This document shows positions 12,146 through 24,060 of a stretch of DNA of 64,000 bases, one piece after another (position 1 is the first letter of the stretch; every line of letters begins with the position of its first letter). This DNA comes from Octopus bimaculoides. Its lineage: Eukaryota. Location: positions 71,069,931-71,133,930 of the forward strand of contig NC_068983.1 of NCBI RefSeq assembly GCF_001194135.2, read 5' to 3'. The position numbers and the translations under genes were made by a program. The notes under the pieces are model-generated. The model had not been told where the DNA came from, searched no databases, and saw only the letters and a list, made by a program, of their open reading frames with translations.

Positions 12146-12719
12146 GTGGCTGTGTGGTAAGTAGCTTGATTCCCAACCACGTGGTTCTGAGTTCAGTTCT
12201 ACTACGATGGACCTTGGGCAAGTGTCTTCGGGTTGACCAAATCCTTGTAATTTGGCAGACGTAACCTGATTGAAACCTGTCGTTTACACACACACATATA
12301 TATATATATATATANNNNNNNNNNNNNNNNNNNNNNNNNNNNNNNNNNNNNNNNNNNNNNNNNNNNNNNNNNNNNNNNNNNNNNNNNNNNNNNNNNNNNN
12401 NNNNNNNNNNNNNNNNNNNNNNNNNNNNNNNNNNNNNNNNNNNNNNNNNNNNNNNNNNNNNNNNNNNNNNNNNNNNNNNNNNNNNNNNNNNNNNNNNNNN
12501 NNNNNATATATATACATACATGCATATATGTATTTATGTGTGTGTCTCTGTGTCTGTCTCCACTCACCGCTTGAAAACCGGTGCTGGTGTGTTTACGTTC
12601 CCGATGGAATTAGTTCCAGGCATAAGAAATAAGTCCTGAGGTTGATTTATTCAGTTAAAACCATTCAAGGCAGTGCTCCAGCATGGCCGCAATCAAATGA
12701 CTGAAACAAGTAAAAGAAT
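12146..12719 (+). mobile_element. SINE family A spanning an assembly gap
   Basis: Head gtggctgtgtggtaagtagcttg and tail gcatggccgcaatcaaatgactgaaacaagtaaaagaat, homologous to 2275-2718. Confidence 0.8.
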
Positions 12720-12802
12720 CAACGAATATTCATATAGGTATATATATATACATACATGCATATATGTATTTACGCATGCATGTGTGTGTGTGTGTGTATA
12801 CT

Positions 12803-12987
12803 TTTCTACAAGGCTTGAAATTTTGGGGGAAGGGGCCAGTCGATTAAATCGACCCCAGTACGCAACTAGTAGATAAGGATGAAAGGCAAACTCGACCTCG
12901 GTGAAATTTGAATTCAGAGCGTAAAGACAGGAAATACCACTAAGCATTTCGCAGAGCGTGCTAACGATTCTGCGAGCTCGCCGCCTT
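12803..12987 (-). mobile_element. tRNA-derived SINE, family B
   Basis: Reverse complement reads ggcggcgagctcgcagaatcgttagcacgc..gaattcaaatttcaccgaggtcgagtttgcctttcatcc..tactggggtcgatttaatcgac. Multiple homologues occur in the window. Confidence 0.85.
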
Positions 12988-12994
12988 TATATTT

Positions 12995-13053
<59 letters not shown>

Positions 13054-13297
13054 CAGCAATCCCTCGCCATAATACGGTTCACCTATCGCGGCTCATTTAT
13101 AGCGGTTTTTTATTTAAGCTTACGTAGATTTCCTTTGTTTTGGTGACGTCGATTCCTCTGTTTTGCATTTTAATAGACTAAATATATACAAATTATTAAA
13201 AATATTTTTTTTAAAATACATACAGTACAGTACTGTTACTACTTCGCGGATTTTCACCTATCCCGGGTTTTTTTAGAACGTAACACCCGCAATAGTC
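13054..13297. mobile_element. Tigger-type non-autonomous element (MITE) remnant
   Basis: Starts TA|CAGCAATCCCTCGCC..CACCTATCGCGG. A degenerate opposite end reads ttcgcggattttcacctatcccgggtt..gaacgtaacacccgc. Confidence 0.65.
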
Positions 13298-13547
13298 GAT
13301 CACGAAACGATCGCACGATATCTCAGACCTTATATAATAATCCTAGTTATACTTTATGGATTTATTTATTAATACAATATTATTTATATTATGGACGTAT
13401 CTCTACTGTGATTTTTATGATGCAATTTTTCCTGCTTTTACTTTCTAATATATAATCGCTCTAATTGAATCTCTAACTACCTTTAACTATCTCAAATAAT
13501 CCAGTACATTTTATTCTCAAAGGATATTTTTGATTAACTATGTATAT

Positions 13548-13592
<45 letters not shown>

Positions 13593-14651
13593 TGTGTATA
13601 CATTATTATTATTATATATGTATTTATATANNNNNNNNNNNNNNNNNNNNNNNNNNNNNNNNNNNNNNNNNNNNNNNNNNNNNNNNNNNNNNNNNNNNNN
13701 NNNNNNNNNNNNNNNNNNNNNNNNNNNNNNNNNNNNNNNNNNNNNNNNNNNNNNNNNNNNNNNNNNNNNNNNNNNNNNNNNNNNNNNNNNNNNNNNNNNN
13801 NNNNNNNNNNNNNNNNNNNNNNNNNNNNNNNNNNNNNNNNNNNNNNNNNNNNNNNNNNNNNNNNNNNNNNNNNNNNNNNNNNNNNNNNNNNNNNNNNNNN
13901 NNNNNNNNNNNNNNNNNNNATATATATATATATAAATGTATATATACATATATATAGAGAGTATGTGTATGGATGTACGCCAAATACAATGAATGAATGG
14001 GTGGAAGCCATGCATTAATATGAATAGATTGTAGATAGTATTATTAGAAATGTTGTTCATACACTTGTTAGTACATTATTTGTTTGTAATATAATTATTT
14101 AATTATTTTATATATTCATTTGAAAATCAGTATTTTCCTCCGTGTATGTCATTTATTTGAAGCTCTCGCGCTGTTCCATACAAATCCGGCTGGGCACAAT
14201 TAATTCTGAATTTAACATAACTAGGCAGAGCATATTTATATATGTTTTTGATCTCATTCATTTTCTATCGTTTTATATTATTCTTTTATCTTTCATGCCT
14301 GCTAATTAATTCTCTACTTTGGTGTTACTAATCAAATTCAGATATCATTATAGAACGAAGAGACAGATTCGTTTTCTTCCAAAGAAATATCTGACATGTA
14401 TACGCGATCGCAAACAATAAGTCGCATCAACACATATAAATGAACACAAAAACGTTCACAAACATATATAAACATAACAAAAATTAATCTATGTATGTAT
14501 GTATGTGTAGTATGTATGTATAAATGTGTGTGCATGCAGGTGTGTGCGTGTGTGACCGTAGATATCAACATACATGCATTTACCAGATATTCAAAGAAAT
14601 ATTTAATATATGAAAATAAATATGATATACATAAGTATGTGTGTGTGTATA

Positions 14652-14694
<43 letters not shown>

Positions 14695-15558
14695 NNNNNN
14701 NNNNNNNNNNNNNNNNNNNNNNNNNNNNNNNNNNNNNNNNNNNNNNNNNNNNNNNNNNNNNNNNNNNNNNNNNNNNNNNNNNNNNNNNNNNNNNNNNNNN
14801 NNNNNNNNNNNNNNNNNNNNNNNNNNNNNNNNNNNNNNNNNNNNNNNNNNNNNNNNNNNNNNNNNNNNNNNNNNNNNNNNNNNNNNNNNNNNNNNNNNNN
14901 NNNNNNNNNNNNNNNNNNNNNNNNNNNNNNNNNNNNNNNNNNNNNNNNNNNNNNNNNNNNNNNNNNNNNNNNNNNNNNNNNNNNNNNNNNNNNNNNNNNN
15001 NNNNNNNNNNNNNNNNNNNNNNNNNNNNNNNNNNNNNNNNNNNNNNNNNNNNNNNNNNNNNNNNNNNNNNNNNNNNNNNNNNNNNNNNNNNNNNNNNNNN
15101 NNNNNNNNNNNNNNNNNNNNNNNNNNATATATATATATATACATGCAGTATATTCTCCGTGTATTCCCACGCAGGAAAAAATATAGGAAAGTTGGTTTGT
15201 GGTGGGGGTCAAAAATGCTCCTGAATCCTAAAACGTGTGGTCGCTTTTAAATTTTTTAAATGCAAAACAGGTTTTGATAATATTTTGTTTTACAGTATTA
15301 AATGAAAAGGAAAATGTTTGGGAGAGATTGGCGATAGAATGGAAAATTCGGAAAAGCATACTTAAAAGATGAATTGTACATACAAATTTCAATTTTCAAT
15401 ACGTTTCGCAAAGACAGATAGCAATATATGTTCAAATGTTCGATGAATTTCATTACAGTCATATATGATTAAATGTACAGTAACATTGGATTATGTTAAT
15501 AATTAATACAATGAAATTTTAAAAGAGTAAGAAAAATTGAAAACCAAATAGAAAATTC

Positions 15559-15833
15559 AAGGTAACTATACGTTATCCCACTAAGCACCCCAACAATAGA
15601 CTCCCTGTACTTGATACTGAACTTTGGTTAGAAACTGTATACAATAGAGTGCAGCTCCTCCACTCCTATTACATGAAACCCATAACTTCGAAATATCTCG
15701 TTCACAAGAACTCAGCTTTGTCACACAACATGAAAATTAACATACTGATAGCAGACTTAGGATAATGAACAATGTGTCCACACTATGCGAACCCTATGAA
15801 ATGAAAACACATTATACAAAACTTCATGCACCG
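15559..15833 (+). mobile_element. Penelope-like reverse transcriptase C-terminal fragment
   Basis: KVTIRYPTKHPNNRLPVLDTELWLETV..LLHSYYMKPITSKYLVHKNSALSHNMKINILIAD matches the PLE RT motif 7/thumb pattern (LPVLD..HxYYxKP..SA). Confidence 0.75.
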
Positions 15834-16094
15834 CATTTTTTTTTTTTTTTGTGATTACCACATTCTTTTTTTTTTATGATTACCATACAAAAACTAGAAC
15901 GTGCCGAAACCTATTTGGTAATTTAATAAATCTGTCACAAAATATAAACGGAAACATACTTTAAGATTCAGGGGCATGTTCAACGGTCAATACTTACTAC
16001 CATATGTATATGTGTGTGTGCGTGTGTGTGTGTAGCGTTATCATTATCCAGATCAATTGTATGATCATCTTAATCATTTTTATTATAACAATAA

Positions 16095-16300
16095 TAAGGA
16101 TTTTAAAATTTGGCACAGGGCAAGCAATTTCAGGGGAGAAGATAAGTTAATTACATCGACTCCAGTGTTCAACTGGTACTTATTTTAAAAACCCCGAAAG
16201 AGTGAAAAGCAACAACGACCTCCAGGGTATTTGAACGCAAAACCTAAAACTGAAAGAAATGCAGCTAAGTATTTTCTCCGGCGTGCAAACGATTCTGCAT
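16095..16300 (-). mobile_element. SINE family B
   Basis: Homologous to 12803-12987. It truncates the adjacent LINE. Confidence 0.75.
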
Positions 16301-17165
16301 TCCTTTCTTGAGACATCTTGATCTTGTGCGACAAACATATCTATTTACAAACAAGTTCCTCTGTTGTAGTCTTTGATCACAATATCTGTTTGATTGGAGT
16401 CAATTTTTCTGTTTGTATTGGGAATTTCCAAACGATGGTGATGCCTTCACTATTTGCTCCATCCTCTGGATGATTTCTTCACCACTTATCATGGGATTTA
16501 GTTTTGTAGTATTTCCAGTGGATGCACTGCCCTAGTCTGTCATGTCTTATGAGGAACTCCTTTTCAGCGAGTACTGGGCAGCCAGAAACAACATGATCAA
16601 TTGTCTCAGTGAATTTTCCACAAATTCTGCACGAGGGCTCACATCCATCTTTATGGACTTTTGCATGGTAGTTTCTGGTAGGTAAGCTCTGATATTGCGC
16701 TGCAATAATAAAACCTTGTTTCCCCTTTCAGGCCTGTCCCTGTCAGTATTTGAGTGTCTTTGGTCATTTTTATTGTTAACTTGTCGGCCAAGGGACTTTT
16801 TAAATTTCTGACTAAGCTTCATTACTGAAGCTTGCTTAGAATCGTAATGCTTCAGTGCAGTTCGTAACAGCACATCACTTGTATTAATGTACATTTCAGG
16901 GCCTATTATTGCTGCTTTGAAGGATTGTTCGAGCTGTATCAGGCCTCTTCCACTTATTTTTCTTGGGAGAGAAATCCTGTATTCATCTGATTTTGGATGG
17001 TGCATTCGATACCTTGTAAAGGTTTTACGGATCTCTCCATCCATATTCAGCATGTCAGTGAGATTCCATTTAATGATACCAAAGCTATACGTGATTACTG
17101 ACATGGTCAAAGAATTGATTGCATCAATTCTGTTAGCAACATTTAATTCTGAATTTAAGATCATT
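16300..17165 (-). mobile_element. R4/Dong-clade non-LTR retrotransposon fragment (RT thumb, zinc knuckle, start of RLE)
   Basis: ILNSELNVANRIDAINSL..YSFGIIKW..MHHPKSD..LPRKISGRGLIQLE, then ETIDHVVSGCPVLAEKEFLIRHDR and NQTDIVIKD. The 5' junction lies in (GAA)n(TAA)n. Confidence 0.88.
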
Positions 17166-17174
17166 GCTCTTCTT

Positions 17175-17252
<78 letters not shown>

Positions 17253-17253
17253 G

Positions 17254-17286
<33 letters not shown>

Positions 17287-17421
17287 TTANNNNNNNNNNN
17301 NNNNNNNNNNNNNNNNNNNNNNNNNNNNNNNNNNNNNNNNNNNNNNNNNNNNNNNNNNNNNNNNNNNNNNNNNNNNNNNNNNNNNNNNNNTAATTCTGAA
17401 TTTAAGATCATTGCTCTTCTT

Positions 17422-17499
<78 letters not shown>

Positions 17500-17500
17500 G

Positions 17501-17533
<33 letters not shown>

Positions 17534-17534
17534 T

Positions 17535-17575
<41 letters not shown>

Positions 17576-17587
17576 TTGGTAGTAGTG

Positions 17588-17618
<31 letters not shown>

Positions 17619-17640
17619 TAGTAGTAGTGGTAGTAGTAGT
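17165..17640. repeat. Compound (TTC)n(TTA)n(TAG)n microsatellite, partly duplicated across a gap
   Basis: Seen directly. 17133-17289 and 17391-17535 are identical on either side of the N run. Confidence 0.9.
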
Positions 17641-17774
17641 TATATTTCAAATCTCACAGATAGCTTTGACTATCAACCGACTGGTGCCAGCAACGAACCG
17701 CAGTCGAGGATAAAGTTTTAACATCGCCACTCAAAATTATTGGCATCGTTCATCAATTAGAAGCGATTATTATC

Positions 17775-17887
17775 TGTCTTTCATCTTATCGGGATCTATA
17801 AATTAAGTACCAGTCAAACACTGGGGTTGATGTAATCGCATAGCCCCCTCCCCCACAATTTCAGACCTTGTGCTTGTAGTAGAAAGG

Positions 17888-17890
<3 letters not shown>
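17775..17890 (+). mobile_element. SINE family B, 3' half
   Basis: ctttcatcttatcggg..aagtaccagtcaaacactggggttgatgtaatcg..ccttgtgcttgtagtagaaagg. Confidence 0.7.
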
Positions 17891-17924
<34 letters not shown>

Positions 17925-17925
<1 letters not shown>

Positions 17926-18215
17926 ACTGTTTAATGTTTGGTTGATTGAGGCAAATTTCTACCGCATCACCAGCTACACCTTCGTGCTGCTGGAGTACGT
18001 ATAGCATTGTGTGTTCTCTTCTGTTGTGTTGTGCAAACTCTTCGTGGTACTGTATTTTGTTAGTTTTTTTTAATCTAGAGGTGTGATGCAGTCTTATGTT
18101 TTTATATTGAGGTGTGTTGCAGTCTTATTGCTTGTATCGTGNNNNNNNNNNGGGCTGTTCCTAGCAGTGCTATTCTTTAGACAGTGTGTAGTGTTGAGGA
18201 TCCAGGTATAGCTTC
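17925..18215 (-). mobile_element. R4/Dong-like LINE 3' end (ORF C-terminus plus 3' UTR) ending in (AAT)n
   Basis: Minus strand VEAIPGSSTLHTV*RIALLGTA matches the RLE LINE terminus (xQKxALLGTA). Noncoding sequence and a TAA array follow. Confidence 0.65.
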
Positions 18216-18264
18216 TACGTTTTTGTTATTGTCATTATTATTATTACTATTATTATTATTATTA

Positions 18265-18360
18265 TTGTTCAGTAGTTTTATTTTTATAACGTGCTTTCAC
18301 TTCACTACCGAGCGCAGCTCTGTGTGCCTTGGGTATGTGCTGTGGTTTGCTGTGGTGCTC
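18265..18360 (-). mobile_element. Probable R4/Dong-like 3' UTR fragment between TAA arrays
   Basis: Non-microsatellite island (cacagagctgcgctcggtagtgaagtgaaagcacgttataaaaataaaactactgaa on minus) bounded by (TAA)n on both sides. Confidence 0.45.
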
Positions 18361-18364
18361 TTAT

Positions 18365-18429
<65 letters not shown>

Positions 18430-18573
18430 GAACAGGTTCTAACGCTGGAGATGTACTGCGGTGTCAGCTGTTCACTACCAGTGAACTAAGATAACACATC
18501 TTATTTTTCGAGCACCTTCCGGAGTATTCGAGCGGTTCCATGCAGTACTGTTTTCTGCAAGTGCTCCACCCTT
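18430..18573 (-). mobile_element. R4/Dong-like LINE 3' end
   Basis: AAIRVEHLQKTVLHGTARILRKVLEK* followed by ~70 nt of UTR and (AAT)n. Confidence 0.75.
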
Positions 18574-18600
18574 ATTGCAGCCCCTGTTTGTTGTTGTTGA

Positions 18601-18645
<45 letters not shown>

Positions 18646-18646
<1 letters not shown>

Positions 18647-18855
18647 GAGACGGTTATCTGGCAGGATCGTTAGCACGCCGGGCAGTATACTTAGCGACAT
18701 TTCGTCCATCTTTAGGTTCAGATTGCGTCTAGATCGACTTTGTCTTTCATCCTTTGGAATCGATAAAATAAGTACCAGTTGAACGATGGGGTCGATGAAA
18801 TAGATTTGCATCCTCTTCGAACTAGCTGGCCTTATGCCACAATTTGAAACTATTA
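18646..18855 (+). mobile_element. SINE family B
   Basis: tggcaggatcgttagcacgccgggc..gatcgactttgtctttcatcc..aagtaccagttg. Confidence 0.8.
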
Positions 18856-19904
18856 TTATTATTGTTGTTGTTGTTGTTGTTTTTGTTAAGGATAATAGCC
18901 ACATCTTATTTCGGGTCCTTTTTTTGTAAGAAGGCGTTCAATTTATTTAATGATATAATTTTTAGAATCAGTATTTTGTTTGCTTATTGGTAGATATACT
19001 TTGTGTTTTGTTTGTGTTGCATGCCTGTATGTAAATCCTTAAAGAATATGCTCACAAAATTAGAATCAGACTCTTAAAAGTGGTTCTTTTCATATATTTA
19101 AATCATTTGAATCATAAAATTACCTTCCTAGCATAGCAAACTAATGCACTGCTTTAACTTTAAAGAAGAATGAAACAACAAAATGTTTCTACATCGTGAT
19201 TCATATTTACATTCAAGTTTACAGAACTTATATCAAGTCTGTGTGGCAAATTTGGCCTTCTAGTCGAATACTCCGTGCAAGCAGTTACAATTTCGCTATA
19301 GCGAAGCTTATGAAATTTTTTTTAAATCTCTTTCATTGGGACCGATGCCTAATACCTGAATTAAAACTATTTTCAATAAATTTAGCATTAATTTGAAAGT
19401 TTCTTCTGATAAAAGAATGCACAGGAATAATATTAACGCAACTTACAATGTCATTTGCAGCTGTCGGTGATGCATTTGAATTGCATCATATACATAATCC
19501 CATTAGGCTGGACGTCATATAGCATACATAATATAAAGTGTATTAATAGATACGACTAAATATCCTGTTTTGTCATAGCCATTGAATAAAGAATATGCTT
19601 CGCAGCATTGTTTTCAAAAGCATAGAACTCTTAAATCTTAATCAAAGCTATTTTCGCTGTATCAACACATGAGAAACTAACAGAGTTTCAATTTGTAATT
19701 ACGCAAGAAACTTATATCATATAACAACTAACATAGATTGAACTGTGAATATGAACACAACTTTGTTTTTATAATAATATTGTAAATACAGTATCACTGG
19801 AAATGTTAGCTATTAAAAGGAAGGTTGGACATGCTTGACAACATAGTCCATGCTATCCCTAAAAGCACAGGATGTTATTGTTGGTATGCCTGTTATACGT
19901 CTGA

Positions 19905-20290
19905 AGCCACGTTTTTGCCAGTTTTTTTATCCAACGCTGACACCAGTTCTTGTCCTTCAAGGCGAAGAATTTCTTTACAGAAGTTTCCACCCTTGGTTGA
20001 TGAAGTGTCGCGAGCGCAAAAAGTGAGCCATGGGTTAGAACAAGTAATAATCGAAAGTATATTTGCCGGTTATGGAATCAGTTCGATTCTCTCAAATTCC
20101 TGGAGGTTATTCTGGGTCTTTCGAGCGGTATGAGGTCTTGCGTTGTCTTTTTGTAGAAGAGCTCGGTTTCTGTTAATCAACGGCAAGCATTTTAGTTGCG
20201 TAATGGCAATCATCCGCTCCAGTTGTTCGGAGTACAATCCTAATATGCATAAGCAGTGATTGGAGAGGGACCAACTTCAGGAACCTGTCA
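19905..20290 (-). mobile_element. Mariner transposase C-terminal remnant
   Basis: YSEQLERM..RALLQKDNARPHTARKT..IELIP..DYYLF*PMAHFLR..FFALKDKNW..IKKL. Confidence 0.85.
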
Positions 20291-20319
20291 CCAAACATGG
20301 GCGTTTCAAACACAAGGTG

Positions 20320-20717
20320 TGAGGGGATAATTCACTCTGAGTTCATTCCGACCGATCGAACCACCAGAGCCAACCTATACTCCTTAAAGTTGTTGTTGTT
20401 GTTGTTATTAAGGATGCCTGGCATTGATTACCAGAAAACGAGCTCTTCTGCAGTAAGACAATACTTGTACCACTCGAAAGACCGGAATAAACTCCAGGAA
20501 CTTGAGCGAATCGAACTGATGTCGCAACAAGCATACAGCCCGGAACTATTCCCTTTGGATTATTACTTGTCCTCAGTTATGCTTCAACCGCTGCGCTCGC
20601 ATGGCTTCAATAAAGAGGTGGTGGAAGCTTCGGGACAAGAGCTGGTATCAGTGCTGGATCAAAGAACTCACAGAAAGGTTGCTTTAGGGTGTGCAATACG
20701 ATGGCCTCTATTTTGAA
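20320..20717 (+). mobile_element. Mariner transposase C-terminal remnant (inverted relative of the neighbouring copy)
   Basis: EGIIHSEFIP..ANLYS..NKLQELERIELMSQQAYSPELFPLDYYL..YDGLYFE*. About 80% nucleotide similarity by eye to the reverse complement of 19905-20290. Confidence 0.85.
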
Positions 20718-20789
20718 TGTTAGGCTGCTTTTGTTGTAACTCGAGGAATAGAGCACATATGCACAATATTGTTTTCCAATTTTATCACA

Positions 20790-20980
20790 AGACCAGAAAT
20801 TTCGGAGGAAGAGTAAGTCGATTACATCAACACCAATCCTCAAATGGTATTTATTTTATCGAACCCGAAAGTATGTAATCCAAAGTCAGCATAGGCGAAA
20901 CTTGAACTCAGAGTATAAAGACAAACGAAATGCTGCTAGATACTTTGCTCGACGTGCTAACGATTCTACCAACTTGCGGC
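20790..20980 (-). mobile_element. SINE family B
   Basis: Homologous to 12803-12987. Confidence 0.75.
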
Positions 20981-21011
20981 ATTATAGCTTATTAATATTA
21001 ATTACTTATAA

Positions 21012-21140
21012 TCCTGCCGAGGTCGGCTTTACACTTCATCCTTTCAGAGTCGATAAAATAAGCACTACTTGAGCACTGAGATCGATGTAACCTATTTTCC
21101 CATCCAAAGATTTTGCAGGTCTTGTGTCAAAATTTTAAAT
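21012..21140 (+). mobile_element. SINE family B, 3' half
   Basis: gccgaggtcggcttt..cttcatcctttcagagtcgataaaataag. Confidence 0.7.
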
Positions 21141-21154
21141 CAACATTAACAAGC

Positions 21155-21345
21155 AATAAGGTGGCGCGCTATCAGAATCGTTAGCACTCCGTTCTTAACG
21201 CACTTCGCCCGTCTTCCAACCGGGATCCATTTTGCCTTTCATTCTTTCGACGTAAATAAATATGAGTCGAACACTGGTGTCGATTTAATCGATTTAGTTC
21301 TCCCCCAATTCTGTTGACCTTATGTCTAAATTTGAAACTGCTAAT
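21155..21345 (+). mobile_element. SINE family B (internally deleted)
   Basis: aaggtggcgcgctatcagaatcgttagcac..tttgcctttcattc..gtcgatttaatcga. Confidence 0.7.
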
Positions 21346-21968
21346 AGTAAGTAATCACTATATGGATGACATTTGACCTCTCAACTATTGTGGTTTGAAT
21401 GGAATCACGTAAGAACAACTGGGCTATAGCCAAGCAAAAACAATGTGTTCTTTTCGTTCCCGTCACCTGAGAAACAGAACATATAAGATAACATACAACA
21501 TAACACCTAATCGTATAAAAATTCCATGGTTCAAGGAAAAGAATATGGCTAATGTATGAATTCTAAGCTTTTCACCATTCCCGCGATACATAAACTTTCT
21601 TTTGCTCAAGATACCTTGTTTCTTCTCTCAACGCTATTATGATGGCTCGCTCACATTTCAACATCTTAACATAATCCATCTGAATATGGATTGCTTCGTT
21701 ACCTGCAATAAATGTCATCAAAACACTTAAGTATTTCATTGCTATTAAAATTTTTCCCTGCATGAATACCCTTACCTATATCCAATGCTAAGATTGTGTT
21801 AATGCTGTTCTTAGATTATTTGTTATTTGCATGCATATGGAACTCACCAAATGATGTCAACGACTCTGCCTGCATATCTCACGTCCATTGATCTAATTAA
21901 TTTTACTTGTAACGGTTCTTCTCTTATATCTGTCTTCTTTTTCTTCTTTCTCTTTTTCTTTCTTCTAG

Positions 21969-22128
21969 ACGACTATATCCAATCTGACATTCCACTGCCA
22001 ACAGACAAGAACGACGAGAATATTCTACCTTTTTTTCCTTCGAGCATTTCAAGTTATGCTTCAAATATTCATATCGATGCAGAAGCTGCCAGCAAAATAG
22101 CAGATCTTACTCGAACATTAACTAATAG
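21969..22128 (+). CDS. Candidate internal coding exon of an unidentified host gene
   Basis: A ~50-nt pyrimidine tract ending ttcttctag is followed by non-repetitive open frame DDYIQSDIPLPTDKNDENILPFFPSSISSYASNIHIDAEAASKIADLTRTLTN. The donor AG|GTTTGA is weak and later donors are possible. Confidence 0.45.
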
Positions 22129-22162
22129 GTTTGAAGCAGATTTTCGTAGCATGTGTTGGCTG

Positions 22163-22194
<32 letters not shown>

Positions 22195-22541
22195 AATACA
22201 TATTTTGTATTCTTCAACCATATAAAACATATCATTTCGTATTTTGCTTGTGAAAATAGAGGACAGTTACAAACAAGCAATTAGATGAGGATTGTTAAAA
22301 ATATTTTCAAGAAGTGAAAATATTAAACATTTCGGATCTTAAAAATATAGATCTTCGAATTAGCAGTTTGTTTTACATTTCAGGTGATAAGTTCCTTTAA
22401 ACAGTGAAAGTAATGGTTGCTTAGCAGAGGTTTTACTCTGTGTTTAACAGATAAGGTTCAATGTATGGAAATTTAAAAAGTCGTATTTCTCACTGTCCTA
22501 TTAAAATCATGAAATATAATATACGAATACATACATGCATA

Positions 22542-22583
<42 letters not shown>

Positions 22584-22994
22584 TACATACCATTCAACCA
22601 CGGTAATAGTTGAATATATTCTTAAGTCCACCATTTCGTTAATCGCAGCAGCTTCCAAGCTTCACCACTAATTCAGTTCTCAACTAACTTGCAAACTGTT
22701 AACAGTTTTAAAGAGGACATCTCCTCAGCTACACTTTGGCATACATAGTTCAATAGAAAAAAAGTTACATCAAAATATTTGCGACCACAAGGGGTCAGTA
22801 AGGCACTTATTCACCTTCAATTAACATAAACTTTTTAAATTTAAAATAAAAGTAAACTTTTCTTAGGCTTAAATTATAGGAAAATGTATGAGGAATTGAG
22901 AGTCGTTAGTCGCATTGAAGAAAATTAGTAGAAGAAAAGTTATGGGGTGAAATACCCCGAAATTTCGTGTAAGAGAGTGTAAGTAAGTAAGTAA

Positions 22995-23110
22995 GAGAGG
23001 CAGAAATGTTAGCGGGCCGAGCGAAATTCTCAACGGTATTTCGCTTGTGTTTACATTTTGAGTTCAAATTCCGCCGAGGTCGACTTTGCTTTTTATCCAT
23101 TTCGGATCTA
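22995..23110 (+). mobile_element. SINE family B, 5' half
   Basis: ggcagaaatgttagcgggccgagcgaaat..gagttcaaattccgccgaggtcgactttgc. Confidence 0.75.
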
Positions 23111-23553
23111 TTCAATTTGACGTACAGATTTATTTCATTATTTTTTTAACTAAATACTTTGAAACTTCCAATACTGGTACAATGTGTCACGTACAACAGG
23201 GTTTACACTTAACGTTTTTGACAAAATTTTGTATTTTAGAAGTTATTTCGTCACAAGTTACAGAGTGACAATGGACAAATTCGTGTTTGACAAGTGCCAA
23301 TACACGAAACTCTAAGCTTTTGCCTTACTCTCTAACTTCTGCCAATGATATATATATGTATATTATACATATGTCTGTAAAACATCTCATCACGCAATCA
23401 AACCAATGAAAGAGCCTCTACTTAGTCGCTCGACATGCTAAAAATAGCAGCCAATATATCCCCCTACCCAGTATTTTATAAGGTAAAATCCTAAATTATT
23501 AATTGACACATTAATTATCTTTTAACAGCAATGCCTAGAAAAATCATGGATTA

Positions 23554-24057
23554 CATGGAAAAATGCTAGCATGAAAAGTCATATACTTAAGATTATAAAC
23601 CTGGAAAAGTACAGGACAAGTTATTACACCTGTACAAGTATAGGACAAATTATTACTGCAAGTAAAGTAAAGAATAAGAAACATTTTACTTAAAATATTG
23701 CAGCTAAAATCAAAATTTGAATATTAAAAATATTTTATTATAATAACACTATATCTATTTAAGTAGAATTTGGCTAATTTACTTACCTTAAATACAGAAA
23801 AAAGTGACTAAGTAGACAAATTTACAAATTAGCTGAATAGTTTTGTACAATAAATTCAAAAGATGAGAACTGTAAAGAGTGATAAATTAGAAGAACTGGC
23901 ATTCTCTGCTACAATATTTTAAGTAAAAAGTTTCTTATTCTTTACTTTACTTGAAGTAATGGTTTGTCCTATATTTTACAGGTGTAATAACTTGCCCTGT
24001 ACTTTTCCAGGTTTATTATCTTAAGAATATTACTTTCCATGCTCGCATTTTTCCATG
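23554..24057. mobile_element. Tc1/mariner-type MITE with ~150-bp TIRs and TA target duplication
   Basis: TA|CATGGAAAAATGC... and ...GCATTTTTCCATG|TA. Arms ~90% complementary with a ~200-bp spacer. Confidence 0.85.
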
Positions 24058-24060
24058 TAT

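Noticed and set aside
17133-17535. Exact duplication across a ~100-N gap
   Set aside because: Identical sequence on both gap edges is typical of an unmerged contig overlap.
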